In this document: piece after piece, positions 46,528-56,354 of the stretch
Layout of the letters: each line of letters begins with the position of its first letter
Position numbering within the stretch: the stretch's first letter is position 1
DNA from: an uncultured Candidatus Peribacteria bacterium
Lineage (GTDB): Bacteria; Patescibacteriota; Gracilibacteria; RBG-16-42-10
Direction: 5' to 3'
NCBI GenBank assembly: GCA_964514565.1
Contig: CAZERA010000001.1
Coordinates: 310,001 to 374,000, forward strand
DNA length: 64,000 nt
Made by a program: the position numbers and the translations under genes
The notes under the pieces: generated by a model
Seen by the model: the letters and a program-made list of their open reading frames with translations, nothing else
Database searches by the model: none
Told to the model about the DNA's origin: nothing

Positions 46528-47586
46528 TTATTCTTGGTTAGCTGCTCTAATTGGAGCAGTAACTATTTCCTGTATGCTTCCATCAGGCAGGATTCTATAA
46601 ACCAAAATATTATTTGCTCGGTGAGCGGCTGTGATTGCATATATGTAGCTTGTTGGATAATGCATCACTGGGGTAGCAGTCTCTGGGATAGGTGTGTTTG
46701 CGTTGTAGAGCGCTCGTGCAAAGTACAAAGTATTGGTTAACATTCCTCGCCGACTTGGTTGAGTGATGCCAATTGTTTGTTCTAATTGCGCTACGTCGAT
46801 ATCTCCTCGTGATTGGCGCAATTGACCACCTGACAGTACATTGACGAGCTCAATCTGCATGAAGTAAGCATTCGCTTCATCTTCCACATCAACACAGGTG
46901 ACAACATGGAGTCGTGCGCGCATCAGCGGGTTGATTTGGACCAATCTACGAATCATATATCTTCTTCTACTGAGGATTTCGGCCGATCGTGCTCGTCGAA
47001 TTTCGTGCCACATCTCATGATAGAAGGCGATCAAATCCATGGTTTCATGAGCGTCAAAGCTCTCTGGTAAACCTACCCGGTCAGTCATGGGGTCATAGCT
47101 TGCAAAAACTACGCCGCTACTGACCATCCGGCTTTGGAGTAAACCATAAAAAAACTGATGGTTGGGTAGGTGAGATTCAGTGTCAGCAATGTTTAAACCA
47201 TCTTTAGCTACTTGTTCAACATTACGAAATCTATTTTGTTGGTTTGCAGTTACTTGTTCAAAAGGAGCCAACAAGCTCTCTCTATCTACATGTGGTAATC
47301 CTCGTCTATCCATCTCAGCCAATCTACGTTCGACTAGTTGTCTAAATTGGGGGAATTGGCCCTCAATATCAGCAATTAGTTGTGCTGTGCGGACATTTGG
47401 TGTTTCTGGTGTAACAGGCAATTGTGTTTCATTTTGTGGCTCAGATGTAGTAGGACTCAACGTCTCTTGGACAGCATTTCTGCAAGCATTAATAGTTCCT
47501 AGAAAACTCAGAATGGCCAACAGTGGTATCTTTTTCTTGTTGATAGTATGAACACTAGCTTCTGCGTTCGTTTGTTTTCTGCGCAT
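46528..47586 (-). CDS. Lipoprotein with a zincin-like HExxH motif
   Basis: LGTINAC lipobox-like; FYHEMWHE and downstream EDEANAY. Confidence 0.65.
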   Translation of the reverse strand: MRRKQTNAEASVHTINKKKIPLLAILSFLGTINACRNAVQETLSPTTSEPQNETQLPVTPETPNVRTAQLIADIEGQFPQFRQLVERRLAEMDRRGLPHVDRESLLAPFEQVTANQQNRFRNVEQVAKDGLNIADTESHLPNHQFFYGLLQSRMVSSGVVFASYDPMTDRVGLPESFDAHETMDLIAFYHEMWHEIRRARSAEILSRRRYMIRRLVQINPLMRARLHVVTCVDVEDEANAYFMQIELVNVLSGGQLRQSRGDIDVAQLEQTIGITQPSRRGMLTNTLYFARALYNANTPIPETATPVMHYPTSYIYAITAAHRANNILVYRILPDGSIQEIVTAPIRAANQE

Positions 47587-47684
47587 GGAATATTATTGTT
47601 CTCAGCAGTGGAAGATAGCAGTTTGTAGACAATATTTCAATTGACCTGCTAGTATGCTGACTCATTTATTTGAGTTAGCATACT

Positions 47685-47900
47685 ATGAAATATCAGTGTC
47701 CCGAACATTCAGGCACATTTTTCACACCCATTGATCATGAGTGTCACTCCCATGAAGCACCATTACAACAACGATTTCATAATTTGCACTGCCAAGCCTT
47801 GCAGTGTCCGAGAGCGCTCAAAGGGGATGAGCGCTATCCTGATGTACCTCTAATTTCACCTAGAAATTTGATTGAAAGGATTCTCAAGAATCTCGGTTAA
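47685..47900 (+). CDS. Small His/Cys-rich ORF (possible gene fragment)
   Basis: 71 aa, preceded by a strong hairpin at 47650-47685. Confidence 0.3.
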   Translation: MKYQCPEHSGTFFTPIDHECHSHEAPLQQRFHNLHCQALQCPRALKGDERYPDVPLISPRNLIERILKNLG

Positions 47901-47907
47901 AGCTCAA

Positions 47908-50382
47908 TTAATTGCTGAGCACGGTGCTGCTCATCGCTTGGATATATTTTGCTAATAGTGCGGCCATCTCTTCTCTAGAGACTTTAGCTGTAGGGATAAA
48001 CGTTGTTGGGAGAATACTTAACCTTCTTGCGTATTCTAAAGGTTGACCAAAAGTTGGATCGGGAATGTTGGTGAGATTGAGCGTCAAGATACTATTTGGT
48101 GTGCCTTGGCTAAAGTATGCTGATGAAGTGAGCAGCATTTTGATCATCTCAGCATAAGAAACTGGTGCATTGGGAAAGAAATGATCGCCAATACCAGTCA
48201 CAATACCTCTACTGAAGGCTTCGCCAATAATTTTTGATTGTTCAGAATTGTCTTGAGGGACATCTGTGAAGTGGCTATTGCTATGAGTGAAGCTGCTATT
48301 ATTGCCACCACCGACACAGTTGCTGGCCATAGCAATTTTCAAGAGTTCAAAACGTGTCAGTTGGTTATTGGGACCAAAATGCTGAGCATCATATCCATGG
48401 ATCAAGTGTTGGGAGCTTGCACCTAAAAAGGTCAGTGCTGTGAGATAATTAACATTGGTATTGTTCTGTACGTCGCTGAAATTGATTGACGAGCTGCCCG
48501 TTGCTAAACATGCTGGATCATGCGGTTGGCGAGTTGGCAGGTCATTCGCGGTAGTGCTTGTCGCAGTAGAGCTTGATCGTAAACCTGAACTTGTATCTGA
48601 GCTTGATGAACTAGAAGAGCTTGAACTACTACTACCACCGACACTGTATCCACCACCACCAAATACCACACTAGATGATCCACCGCCGCTGCCACCACTA
48701 CTGCCCGAAGACGTGGGAGTGACACCGCGATTGCCTGCATTGGTGGTTAGTCCTGTAGTGACCGTTACTGAGAAATTGTTGCTGCCTCCAGTCAATAAGT
48801 AACCAGTAGGTAGATTAACTAATAAAGTATAAGTACCAGGAGCGATTGCTGAGTTGATATTGCCGCTACTGTCGAAATGGACCTCTTCACTTTCAGATCC
48901 GTGAGTAAGTGTGAGTGTCGCTGGACTAAAGTTACTTGCTTCCCAATCGCTTTGCGTTCCGTTGCCATCGTTGTCAGTAAAGATATGGAAAAGGAGTGTG
49001 CCTGTAGGTGCTACTGGGGTGATTGAAACATTTGTAGCTAGCGCTGTTGCTGCTGTGTTACCAATACTATCTTGATAGGTAAGTATCACCGTGTAGGTCC
49101 CCACCGGTATCTCTGATGCTGTTGCTGATAGCACCTCAATAGTAGAACTAAAACCACCTGTGAGTGGTAAATGGAATGTATTTACTACTGATGAAGTTGC
49201 GTCTCGCAAATTAAGTGAAATAGACGGACCGCTTGAGGGTACAAATACCAAATGGATTGATCCAGGAGTGATAGCTTCAGGTAATAAAAAAGAAACTGTT
49301 AGAGGGATATTTTGGGGATGAGAAGAACTAGCAAGAGGAGCTGAAAGCGTTGGGCTTTCAGTAAAAGCACAACTTGCATTGAGTATGCCACCATCTGTTA
49401 GTGTCCAATCAAAATCATTGATGAGATGATTTCGAGCTTGAGTAGCTCCACAGTATTTCACCCCAGCAGCATTAAAGGTGACATTTGTTTGTAAGGTCTC
49501 AAGTGCCCATCCTCGTAAGAGCGAATCATAATTGGCAACTGAAAGATGCGTATTTGTGAATATATCCGTCATGTCGGTGACATTTGATACATCCCAACCA
49601 CTCAGACTCTGATCGAATAATATTGCATAAGCAAACATGCTTCCCATATCAGTCACATTACTGACATCCCAATCACCTAAGTCTTGGTTGAAAGCACTAG
49701 CACCATAAAACATTTCTGGGGCTGTAGTAAGACCGGATACGTTCCAAGTTGTTATGTCTTGATTGAATGCTTCATTGCCATAAAACATTTGTGTCATATC
49801 AGTCACATTAGACACATTCCAACTACCGATATTGCTATTGAATCCGCTGATAGCAAACATATTCTCCATATCGGTCACAGTCGACACATTCCAGCTGTTT
49901 ATATTGGGAATCGTTGTGAGTGAAGTAGTACCATGAAACATGAATGCTGTAGTAGTAACTCCAGATAAATTAGGCACATCTGTAGCTGTCACTGTCAAAT
50001 TCGTTGCTCCCCAAAAAGCATGATCCATTGAGTTCCACGCACCGGTGCCCCATTGGCTGATTCCTACTAGCTCAGGATGCGAGCCCGAATCTGCAAAATA
50101 AATTCTCGGAAAGGTACCAGAGATAGTTACTGTATGAGTCCCAGGTGAAGCGTAGGAATGACTAGCATCAGTTAGATTTCCGAACGAGGTAGAAAAATCT
50201 CCCCAGTCTACATCATAGAAGTATCCACCACCCAAAGTAGGGATAGTAATAGTTTGTGAGGGAGTGGTCGTTTGCCACTGGGTAATGAAATCAGCTGGTA
50301 CAGCCAAGGCCCGTGAAGGCGCTACAAATAACGCTAGTAAGCTAACTAGACTAAGGACTGGGAGAAGGAATGATTTTTTCAT
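47908..50382 (-). CDS. Surface protein: PKD-like + DUF285 (BspA-like) repeats + Ig-like + Gly/Ser linker + SLH-like domains
   Basis: VDWGD..HSYA-x-PG; five W(N/D)VS-x-x-T..F 25-aa repeats; F-x-DV..F-x-PN-x-x-LTR-x-E. Confidence 0.85.
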   Translation of the reverse strand: MKKSFLLPVLSLVSLLALFVAPSRALAVPADFITQWQTTTPSQTITIPTLGGGYFYDVDWGDFSTSFGNLTDASHSYASPGTHTVTISGTFPRIYFADSGSHPELVGISQWGTGAWNSMDHAFWGATNLTVTATDVPNLSGVTTTAFMFHGTTSLTTIPNINSWNVSTVTDMENMFAISGFNSNIGSWNVSNVTDMTQMFYGNEAFNQDITTWNVSGLTTAPEMFYGASAFNQDLGDWDVSNVTDMGSMFAYAILFDQSLSGWDVSNVTDMTDIFTNTHLSVANYDSLLRGWALETLQTNVTFNAAGVKYCGATQARNHLINDFDWTLTDGGILNASCAFTESPTLSAPLASSSHPQNIPLTVSFLLPEAITPGSIHLVFVPSSGPSISLNLRDATSSVVNTFHLPLTGGFSSTIEVLSATASEIPVGTYTVILTYQDSIGNTAATALATNVSITPVAPTGTLLFHIFTDNDGNGTQSDWEASNFSPATLTLTHGSESEEVHFDSSGNINSAIAPGTYTLLVNLPTGYLLTGGSNNFSVTVTTGLTTNAGNRGVTPTSSGSSGGSGGGSSSVVFGGGGYSVGGSSSSSSSSSSSSDTSSGLRSSSTATSTTANDLPTRQPHDPACLATGSSSINFSDVQNNTNVNYLTALTFLGASSQHLIHGYDAQHFGPNNQLTRFELLKIAMASNCVGGGNNSSFTHSNSHFTDVPQDNSEQSKIIGEAFSRGIVTGIGDHFFPNAPVSYAEMIKMLLTSSAYFSQGTPNSILTLNLTNIPDPTFGQPLEYARRLSILPTTFIPTAKVSREEMAALLAKYIQAMSSTVLSN

Positions 50383-50624
50383 GGTGGTAATTAGGAGGCC
50401 GCTGAAAGAGGTTTGATCATTCTATTATTAACATGAATCATTTATTTTCAGTATGCCAGGAAGCGATATCTGATTAGTTTGAATTGACTAGGGTGTCTTA
50501 ACTTATCTTGCTGCTGTTTGTTTGCTCTTGGTTCATAAATGACTGTACGACCAATTACGTCGATTATTATTACCAATATCAATTAACTTTATATCAGTTT
50601 TTTAGTTTAGTCTGGGCTTTTTTA

Positions 50625-51065
50625 TTATACTATACCCCGCTGCTGCATTACTCTTTTTATTCGGGACCTCACTTCAGCTTGGTTGGCTACTAAATAAGTG
50701 TTTATGATGAGATAAAAGATATTTAATGCTTTTACTAATATTTTTTTGTCCTCAATTATAAGGTAACTGCTATATAACATCATTGTAAGATGCCAACCAC
50801 CAAGTAAATAACAACCTAATAATCTTTTCTTTAATCTCTCTTCAAGGCTAGTGTTGTCTGTGCTTTCAAGAGAATAAAAAGGAAGTTTTCCGATCGCTTT
50901 AATATGTAAAAACAATGGGTTTTTAGTAGCTGTAGAATTAGGAATACAATACTCTTGGAACATTTGTAATCCACTATACTTCTTCAAGGAACCACTTATT
51001 GAAAGTGGCTTAGCTTGATCTGGTACAATAGAGCCTTCTGGGTTGTTGTCCTCTTTTTCAAGCAT
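50625..51065 (-). CDS. AT-rich hypothetical membrane protein
   Basis: 146 aa with two hydrophobic segments. Confidence 0.55.
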   Translation of the reverse strand: MLEKEDNNPEGSIVPDQAKPLSISGSLKKYSGLQMFQEYCIPNSTATKNPLFLHIKAIGKLPFYSLESTDNTSLEERLKKRLLGCYLLGGWHLTMMLYSSYLIIEDKKILVKALNIFYLIINTYLVANQAEVRSRIKRVMQQRGIV

Positions 51066-51419
51066 GAAGAAATAATTACCAGCTACTGTACATCTTCTTT
51101 AAATTATTGTCTAGTATTGTACTGTGCTGCCTGTAATCTACACTCAGTTTGAACTTTGCGCATAGCATCAACTAATGCTGTAAGCATAATGTGCTCAGGA
51201 TAAATATTAGAACAACACGAGTCACTGATGGTGCTTGTTGGTACAGTTTTGTCGAGGATTTTTACGCCAGTTACTATAAACAAACATGTTTATTTGCTTA
51301 GGAAGATGTGGTGACCAATATGGCCGCTGGAGAGTATAGTAAAAACAAGACTCGGCCATTCTTGTAATGCTGTCAGCTTATGGGTATTAACTTTCCAATT
51401 AAGGATATCTTTATCAAAG

Positions 51420-52058
51420 TTAAGAAAGACCTCCTTGAATGGTTCCTTTCTCAAGAGCTTTGGTTAGCTCTGGGATTAGTGGGCTAACATAACTTCGCAG
51501 AAAAGCTAATGCCTCTTGCCACTGATTATAGTCACCCATTCCTATAATGTTTATATCCGGATCAGTATCAACAATAGTTCTGGTTAGTGGATGAGTTTCA
51601 TTCATTCCCACTAAATTAACGAACAATCTCTTTATGTCGCCTCTATCAAGTACCCTACATTTGAGTTCAATAGCTGTACCATTTGGATCTACCCAAACTT
51701 CGGTATGGCTTACAACTTTCTGCTCATTGTCACCAGTTGAATGTGATAAAGTATAATTTAATCCTGCACTACCTTTATTTTTGGCTTCAATGCTTATATG
51801 TACGTCACTGCCATCTGTTTCTTTAGGAAATTTAAGTGGTGTCCAATGAAAAGGTTTATATTTGATACTAGAGTCTGCTGAATCCAGTCTTAATAGGTAT
51901 GTTCGTACTTGGCTTCTGACTCCAGCTTTAGCGTGTTCTGCTTCCTGGGTAATGCCCAAAATGCAAACTATTTCGATCACTTGATCAACAATATCCGTTA
52001 CTTTTGCTCTAGGATCTTCTTTGGTTCTATCTCCAGCCTCATGTGGACTATTGCTCAT
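51420..52058 (-). CDS. Hypothetical protein
   Basis: ORF directly downstream of tRNA-Leu; ATG 52058 preferred. Confidence 0.6.
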   Translation of the reverse strand: MSNSPHEAGDRTKEDPRAKVTDIVDQVIEIVCILGITQEAEHAKAGVRSQVRTYLLRLDSADSSIKYKPFHWTPLKFPKETDGSDVHISIEAKNKGSAGLNYTLSHSTGDNEQKVVSHTEVWVDPNGTAIELKCRVLDRGDIKRLFVNLVGMNETHPLTRTIVDTDPDINIIGMGDYNQWQEALAFLRSYVSPLIPELTKALEKGTIQGGLS

Positions 52059-52156
52059 GATATATTTTAAATTCCAATAATTATATCTCAATTGGTATGA
52101 GATGGGAATCGAAAGAGTCACTTAAGACAGTCTTATTCTTAAGCCATAATTAAACA

Positions 52157-52240
52157 TGGTGCCGAAGGAGGGAGTCGAACCCTCATACCTTTCGATACAC
52201 GATTTTGAGTCGTGCGCGTCTGCCATTCCGCCACTTCGGC
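52157..52240 (-). tRNA. tRNA-Leu(CAA) with encoded CCA
   Basis: GCCGAAG-TGGCGGAATGGCAGACGCG-CACGA-CTCAAAA-TCGTG, long variable arm, GGTTCGACT, CTTCGGC-ACCA. Confidence 0.97.
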
Positions 52241-52268
52241 TAAGTGCTACCCGCGAGAGGATAGCATA

Positions 52269-53492
52269 TCACTTTTTCTTTGCAATAATCTTTTGTACTT
52301 CTTCTAGGGCGCGATCCATTTGATTGTCCTTGTCTTTGGCAAAGGCAGCTTCATCCAGCTTGATTTCTACATCAGGCGCAATGCCCTTGTGATCAATATC
52401 TTCGCCTAGTGGTGGGAACCATTTGCCTACCGTGATTTTGAGACTGGCGCCATTTGGTAGGGGATGTACTTCTTGAATAGTACCTTTACCGAAACTCTTT
52501 TCACCCACCAAAGTAGCGCGGTTATTGTCTCTGAGAGCACCAGCCACAATTTCTGAGGCTGAAGCACTGCCTCCATTGATCAGTACTACCATTGGTAAAT
52601 CTGGCATGACCACATTGCCTGTTACTGGAGAGCTTTCTTGATCAGTACGCAAAATCTTTTTGACTGCGATGCCATCTTTGACAAAGAAACTAGTAACATC
52701 AATTGCTGCATCGAGGTATCCACCTGGATCCCAACGCAAATCAAGTATTATTCCTTTAGGATGTTTAGCCTTAATCTCATCACCAATAGCCCAGAGATTG
52801 TGTTTGGTATCGTCCGTAAATTTGTGAATGCTGATCACAGCAATATCACCTTTCATTTCATACTCGATTTCTTTGAGATCGATTACATCACGAGTAATAT
52901 CAATTTTACTCGTGTTCTTTTCACCATCATGAATGACGGTCAGAGTCACCAATGATCCTCTTGGGCCACGGATTTTATCGACAGCTTGGCTTAGATTGAA
53001 ATTACTAGCCAAGTCATTGTTGATTTTGTAGATGATGTCTTTAGGTTTTAGTCCTCCCTTGAACGCAGGAGAGTCTTTTATCACTCCAGTAACTGTTAGA
53101 TTCCCTTCCAAAATGCCAAGTTCAGCACCAATACCTTCAAGTGAGCCATGTAAACTATCGTTAAAACTATCTGATTGGGTCGGACTCAAGAAAATAGTAT
53201 AGGGATCCTTGAGTGAATTAATCAGTCCTTCTGCCGCTCCATACACACCCTCTTGAGTATCAATTCTATCTTTGAAGTAGAAATTGTTTTTGATTTCGCT
53301 CCATGACTGGTTGAGCAAACTAAAATTGAGAGCACTATTTGCTGTATCAGTTTGTGTGCCTGTCACTACGGTAGCAGGAGATTGATTTGCATTGATTACA
53401 CTGTGCTCTTGGCCAGCATAATAACCTAAGCCTAAGCTAACGATGATAGCAGCAGTAAAACTAACTGTTTTTTTCCATGGAGCTAAAAACAT
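52269..53492 (-). CDS. ctpA: S41 carboxyl-terminal protease
   Basis: DPYT, GIGA (PDZ), ILDLR-x-x-PGG-x-L, GSASASEI-x-AGAL-x-D, FGKG-x-IQ, GI-x-PD. Confidence 0.92.
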   Translation of the reverse strand: MFLAPWKKTVSFTAAIIVSLGLGYYAGQEHSVINANQSPATVVTGTQTDTANSALNFSLLNQSWSEIKNNFYFKDRIDTQEGVYGAAEGLINSLKDPYTIFLSPTQSDSFNDSLHGSLEGIGAELGILEGNLTVTGVIKDSPAFKGGLKPKDIIYKINNDLASNFNLSQAVDKIRGPRGSLVTLTVIHDGEKNTSKIDITRDVIDLKEIEYEMKGDIAVISIHKFTDDTKHNLWAIGDEIKAKHPKGIILDLRWDPGGYLDAAIDVTSFFVKDGIAVKKILRTDQESSPVTGNVVMPDLPMVVLINGGSASASEIVAGALRDNNRATLVGEKSFGKGTIQEVHPLPNGASLKITVGKWFPPLGEDIDHKGIAPDVEIKLDEAAFAKDKDNQMDRALEEVQKIIAKKK

Positions 53493-53495
53493 ATT

Positions 53496-54293
53496 TTATT
53501 GTGATAGGGGTAGAGCAAGCGTTTTGATGTCCTGAGTTTGACCAGTTTTAGGATCAACGTCAACAATACAAGCACAGAATAAGATTGTGCCTTTTTCTTC
53601 GACGACATATTTCTCAGGTCTTTGAGTAATGAACTTGCGAATGATCGCGGCTGGTTCAAAACCAATACTAGAATCTTGTACTAAACAAGCACCAACATCA
53701 GTAATGTAGCTCGTTCCTTTCGAAGAGATTCGAGCATCATTGGTTTGTACATGCGTGTGTGTACCAAAGAGATGACTGACGCGACCATTGAAGTAGTGAT
53801 ACAAGGCTTGTTTCTCTCCAGTAGTCTCACCATGGATATCCATGATTCTAATAGTGGCTTTTTGTACTTCAGGTTCATTCAAAATTCGGTCACCAGCTAG
53901 GAAAGGACAATCAATAGTCATCGACATGAATCCACGGCATTGGAGATTGATCACAGCGATACTGTAGTCGCCCATTTGAAAGACTCGATAACCACTACCT
54001 GGATTGCCGACAGGGAAATTGGCTGGGCGAATGATGATTGGATTGGGAGCATCCAAAAGCTCAATGATATCGTCGTGTCTCCAAATATGATTACCTGAGG
54101 TAAATATATCTACTCCGTATTCCAGCAGATCCAGTGCATTGTCTTTATTGATGCCCATACCGCTAGTCACATTGTCACTATTAGCGATTACGAAATCCAG
54201 ATTTTCTTCCTTGCGTAATTTAGGCACCATGTGTTTTACTGCTTTACGTCCGGGTTTACCGATAATGTCGCCTATACAGAGAATCTTGGCCAT
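53496..54293 (-). CDS. ymdB: YmdB-family metallophosphoesterase
   Basis: GDIIGKPGR, TSGNHIW, RPANFP, DIHGETTGEK, GTHTHVQT-x-D, YITDVG. Confidence 0.9.
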   Translation of the reverse strand: MAKILCIGDIIGKPGRKAVKHMVPKLRKEENLDFVIANSDNVTSGMGINKDNALDLLEYGVDIFTSGNHIWRHDDIIELLDAPNPIIIRPANFPVGNPGSGYRVFQMGDYSIAVINLQCRGFMSMTIDCPFLAGDRILNEPEVQKATIRIMDIHGETTGEKQALYHYFNGRVSHLFGTHTHVQTNDARISSKGTSYITDVGACLVQDSSIGFEPAAIIRKFITQRPEKYVVEEKGTILFCACIVDVDPKTGQTQDIKTLALPLSQ

Positions 54294-54340
54294 GAGCAAA
54301 AGTAAAATAAGGTAGTGCACTATATCAGCTTTTCCATTCT

Positions 54341-55156
54341 ATGTATCCAATCTTAGTTAGTCTAGGACCAATTCATTTTTATAGTTTTGGTACACTTTTC
54401 ATCATAGGTATACTAGCAAGCTGGCTTTTATTGAAGTATTTAGTTGAGCTTCACAGCTTGCTTATTCGCGTTTTTTATGTGGGTATGCCATGGTTGATCA
54501 TCGGTGGAGGAATCGGCGGGCGTTTGGGCTTTGTACTGACGCATTTAGATAAGTTCTATCGCAATTGGGGAGCTGTGTTTTCAGTCTGGACCTGGTGGGG
54601 AGAGTGGGAATTGTGGGCTGGTGTGATTGGTGCGGGACTGGCTATGATTATATTTTGGATCAAACACAACGAGCCAGTTTTTTTGTGGTTAGATGTCATG
54701 AGTATCTCCATTCAACCTTTGATTCTGTTCACGGCTTTAGGTTTACTGTTGAGTCCGATCGGACTAACTACCGAGGCTTTAGGTGGACCAACCACCATGC
54801 CGTGGGGTGTGATGGTAGACTCAGTTGATTTGCCATTTGCTAATGTCCCTGTGCATCCACTATTCTTCTATACCAGTGCAATGGCTTTGCTTACTTTGCT
54901 AGTATTACTGTACCTACGTCGTTGGGCTCCCAGGTATGTGGGCCGATTATTTGCTGTGATGTTGGTATTCTATAGTAGTCTCTGGTCTATTCATTATTTG
55001 GTCCGCTGGCATGTACCAAATTCATTATTTGGTGTTGACCTCTTTCTTTTCAATCAAGCCTTATATTTGTTATTGGCTATCATGTGCGCAATCTACATTA
55101 TCCGCAAAAGAAGACTGGCCCAACGCAAGAAACTGCAACATTTCTCCGACCTATAA
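54341..55156 (+). CDS. Prolipoprotein diacylglyceryl transferase-like protein (divergent)
   Basis: MYP-x-L-x-x-LGP-x-x-FYSFG, GGRLG-x-V, G-x-PT-x-x-PWGV, HP; the GR-x-GN signature is missing. Confidence 0.75.
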   Translation: MYPILVSLGPIHFYSFGTLFIIGILASWLLLKYLVELHSLLIRVFYVGMPWLIIGGGIGGRLGFVLTHLDKFYRNWGAVFSVWTWWGEWELWAGVIGAGLAMIIFWIKHNEPVFLWLDVMSISIQPLILFTALGLLLSPIGLTTEALGGPTTMPWGVMVDSVDLPFANVPVHPLFFYTSAMALLTLLVLLYLRRWAPRYVGRLFAVMLVFYSSLWSIHYLVRWHVPNSLFGVDLFLFNQALYLLLAIMCAIYIIRKRRLAQRKKLQHFSDL

Positions 55157-55208
55157 TCGACGTCAATTTGAAATCTATAATTTAAGATTTAGATTTTAAA
55201 ATTAAATC

Positions 55209-56078
55209 TTAGAATAGAGTCTCCGGTCCAGCAAACTTAAGGCCAAGCTTAGTAAATCCCACTTCTTCACAAACTTCGCGTGCCTTAGCTTTGTTTGGCC
55301 CCTGATAGTTGATGGTATTCAAGTGTTCAGTAATTGGTGTCTGACAATTGATTGTCACCATTTCTTTGGTAAATCGTGCTTCTTTCTCATGCTCACGCAG
55401 CTTTTTCTGAGCGCTGCCAGTTACTTTGTCGAGATTGAGATAAAGGTTATCCAAACTGCCCCATGCTGTTAGTAATGTCTTGGCTGTTTTTTCCCCAATG
55501 CCAGGCACACCAGGTAAGTTGTCAGAAGGATCTCCGCGTAGTGCTTTATAGTCAATCCATTGTTCAGCTTTGAGGCCATGTTTTTCCAGTACATTGCCTG
55601 GAGTAATCTCTACAGCGTTATTCATGCCGCGCGAGATACAATAAAAAGTAGCGTACATATTTACAAGCTGCACAAAGTCATTGTCACCAGATACAATGAT
55701 ATTGGGGAGACTTTTCTCGGTAGCTTCTTTACTGAGGGTGCCAATAATATCGTCTGCCTCATAGCCTGGGAGCATGATAGTCGGCACTTGTAAGGCTGCT
55801 AAAAATTGTAGGATCCTAGGGAGTTGTTCAAATAGCCCCTCTGGTGGCTCGGTTCGGTTGGCTTTGTATTCTGTGTACTGTTCATGACGAAATGTCTTGG
55901 TCGCAGTATCAAAAGCACAAGCAATATGGGTAGGTTGAAATAAATCAATCAAATTCACAATCGTATTAGCAAAACCAAAGGTAGCATTAATCATCTCACC
56001 ACTTTTACTCTTCATAGTAGTAGGCAAGCCATGAAAGCTGCGAAAAAGGATGGTACTACCGTCTATTAATAACAACAT
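55209..56078 (-). CDS. Stand-alone 5'-3' exonuclease / flap endonuclease (PolA N-terminal-like)
   Basis: LIDG..FRSFH, YKANR, EADDIIGTL, SGD-x-D-x-x-QL, GD-x-SDN-x-PGV-x-GIGEKTA. Confidence 0.92.
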   Translation of the reverse strand: MLLLIDGSTILFRSFHGLPTTMKSKSGEMINATFGFANTIVNLIDLFQPTHIACAFDTATKTFRHEQYTEYKANRTEPPEGLFEQLPRILQFLAALQVPTIMLPGYEADDIIGTLSKEATEKSLPNIIVSGDNDFVQLVNMYATFYCISRGMNNAVEITPGNVLEKHGLKAEQWIDYKALRGDPSDNLPGVPGIGEKTAKTLLTAWGSLDNLYLNLDKVTGSAQKKLREHEKEARFTKEMVTINCQTPITEHLNTINYQGPNKAKAREVCEEVGFTKLGLKFAGPETLF

Positions 56079-56115
56079 GTTACTTTTTAAATCTGGAGTG
56101 ATACTAATGGGAAAT

Positions 56116-56235
56116 GAGGTAAAAGGTAAGATGGAAGAGGTAAGAAATGTACGGGCTTAGGGATAATTATGCCCTCCATGCATATGGACAAACAGCATGT
56201 ACACTTTTTACCTCTTACCTCTTACTTCTTCCCTC
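56116..56235. repeat. Inverted-repeat element with heptamer arms, copy 2
   Basis: gaggtaaaaggtaagatggaagaggtaagaa ... tttttacctcttacctcttacttcttccctc. Confidence 0.65.
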
Positions 56236-56249
56236 GACAGCTTGTCGAT

Positions 56250-56278
56250 TTGACCTGTAGCATGTGTATTGCTACATT
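56250..56278 (+). promoter_or_regulatory. Promoter of the rpsF operon with an overlapping palindrome
   Basis: TTGACC-N17-TACATT; TGTAGCA-N7-TGCTACA at 56256-56276. Confidence 0.6.
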
Positions 56279-56354
56279 GTCCGCGTTCTTTCTTTCCGTT
56301 GGTGCTACTTGGGCACAGATACGGATTTTTATCCACAAGAAAGTATTTTATTAT

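Noticed and set aside
49500..49910. 75-bp periodic repeats
   Set aside because: Coding DUF285 repeats of the surface protein, not a DNA-level array
51103..51400. Possible minus-strand gene remnant
   Set aside because: About 60 open codons bounded by a stop, with no good start or recognisable motif
56169..56354. N-terminal extension of S6 in the ORF track
   Set aside because: Overlaps the repeat element and promoter; ATG 56355 fits S6 better
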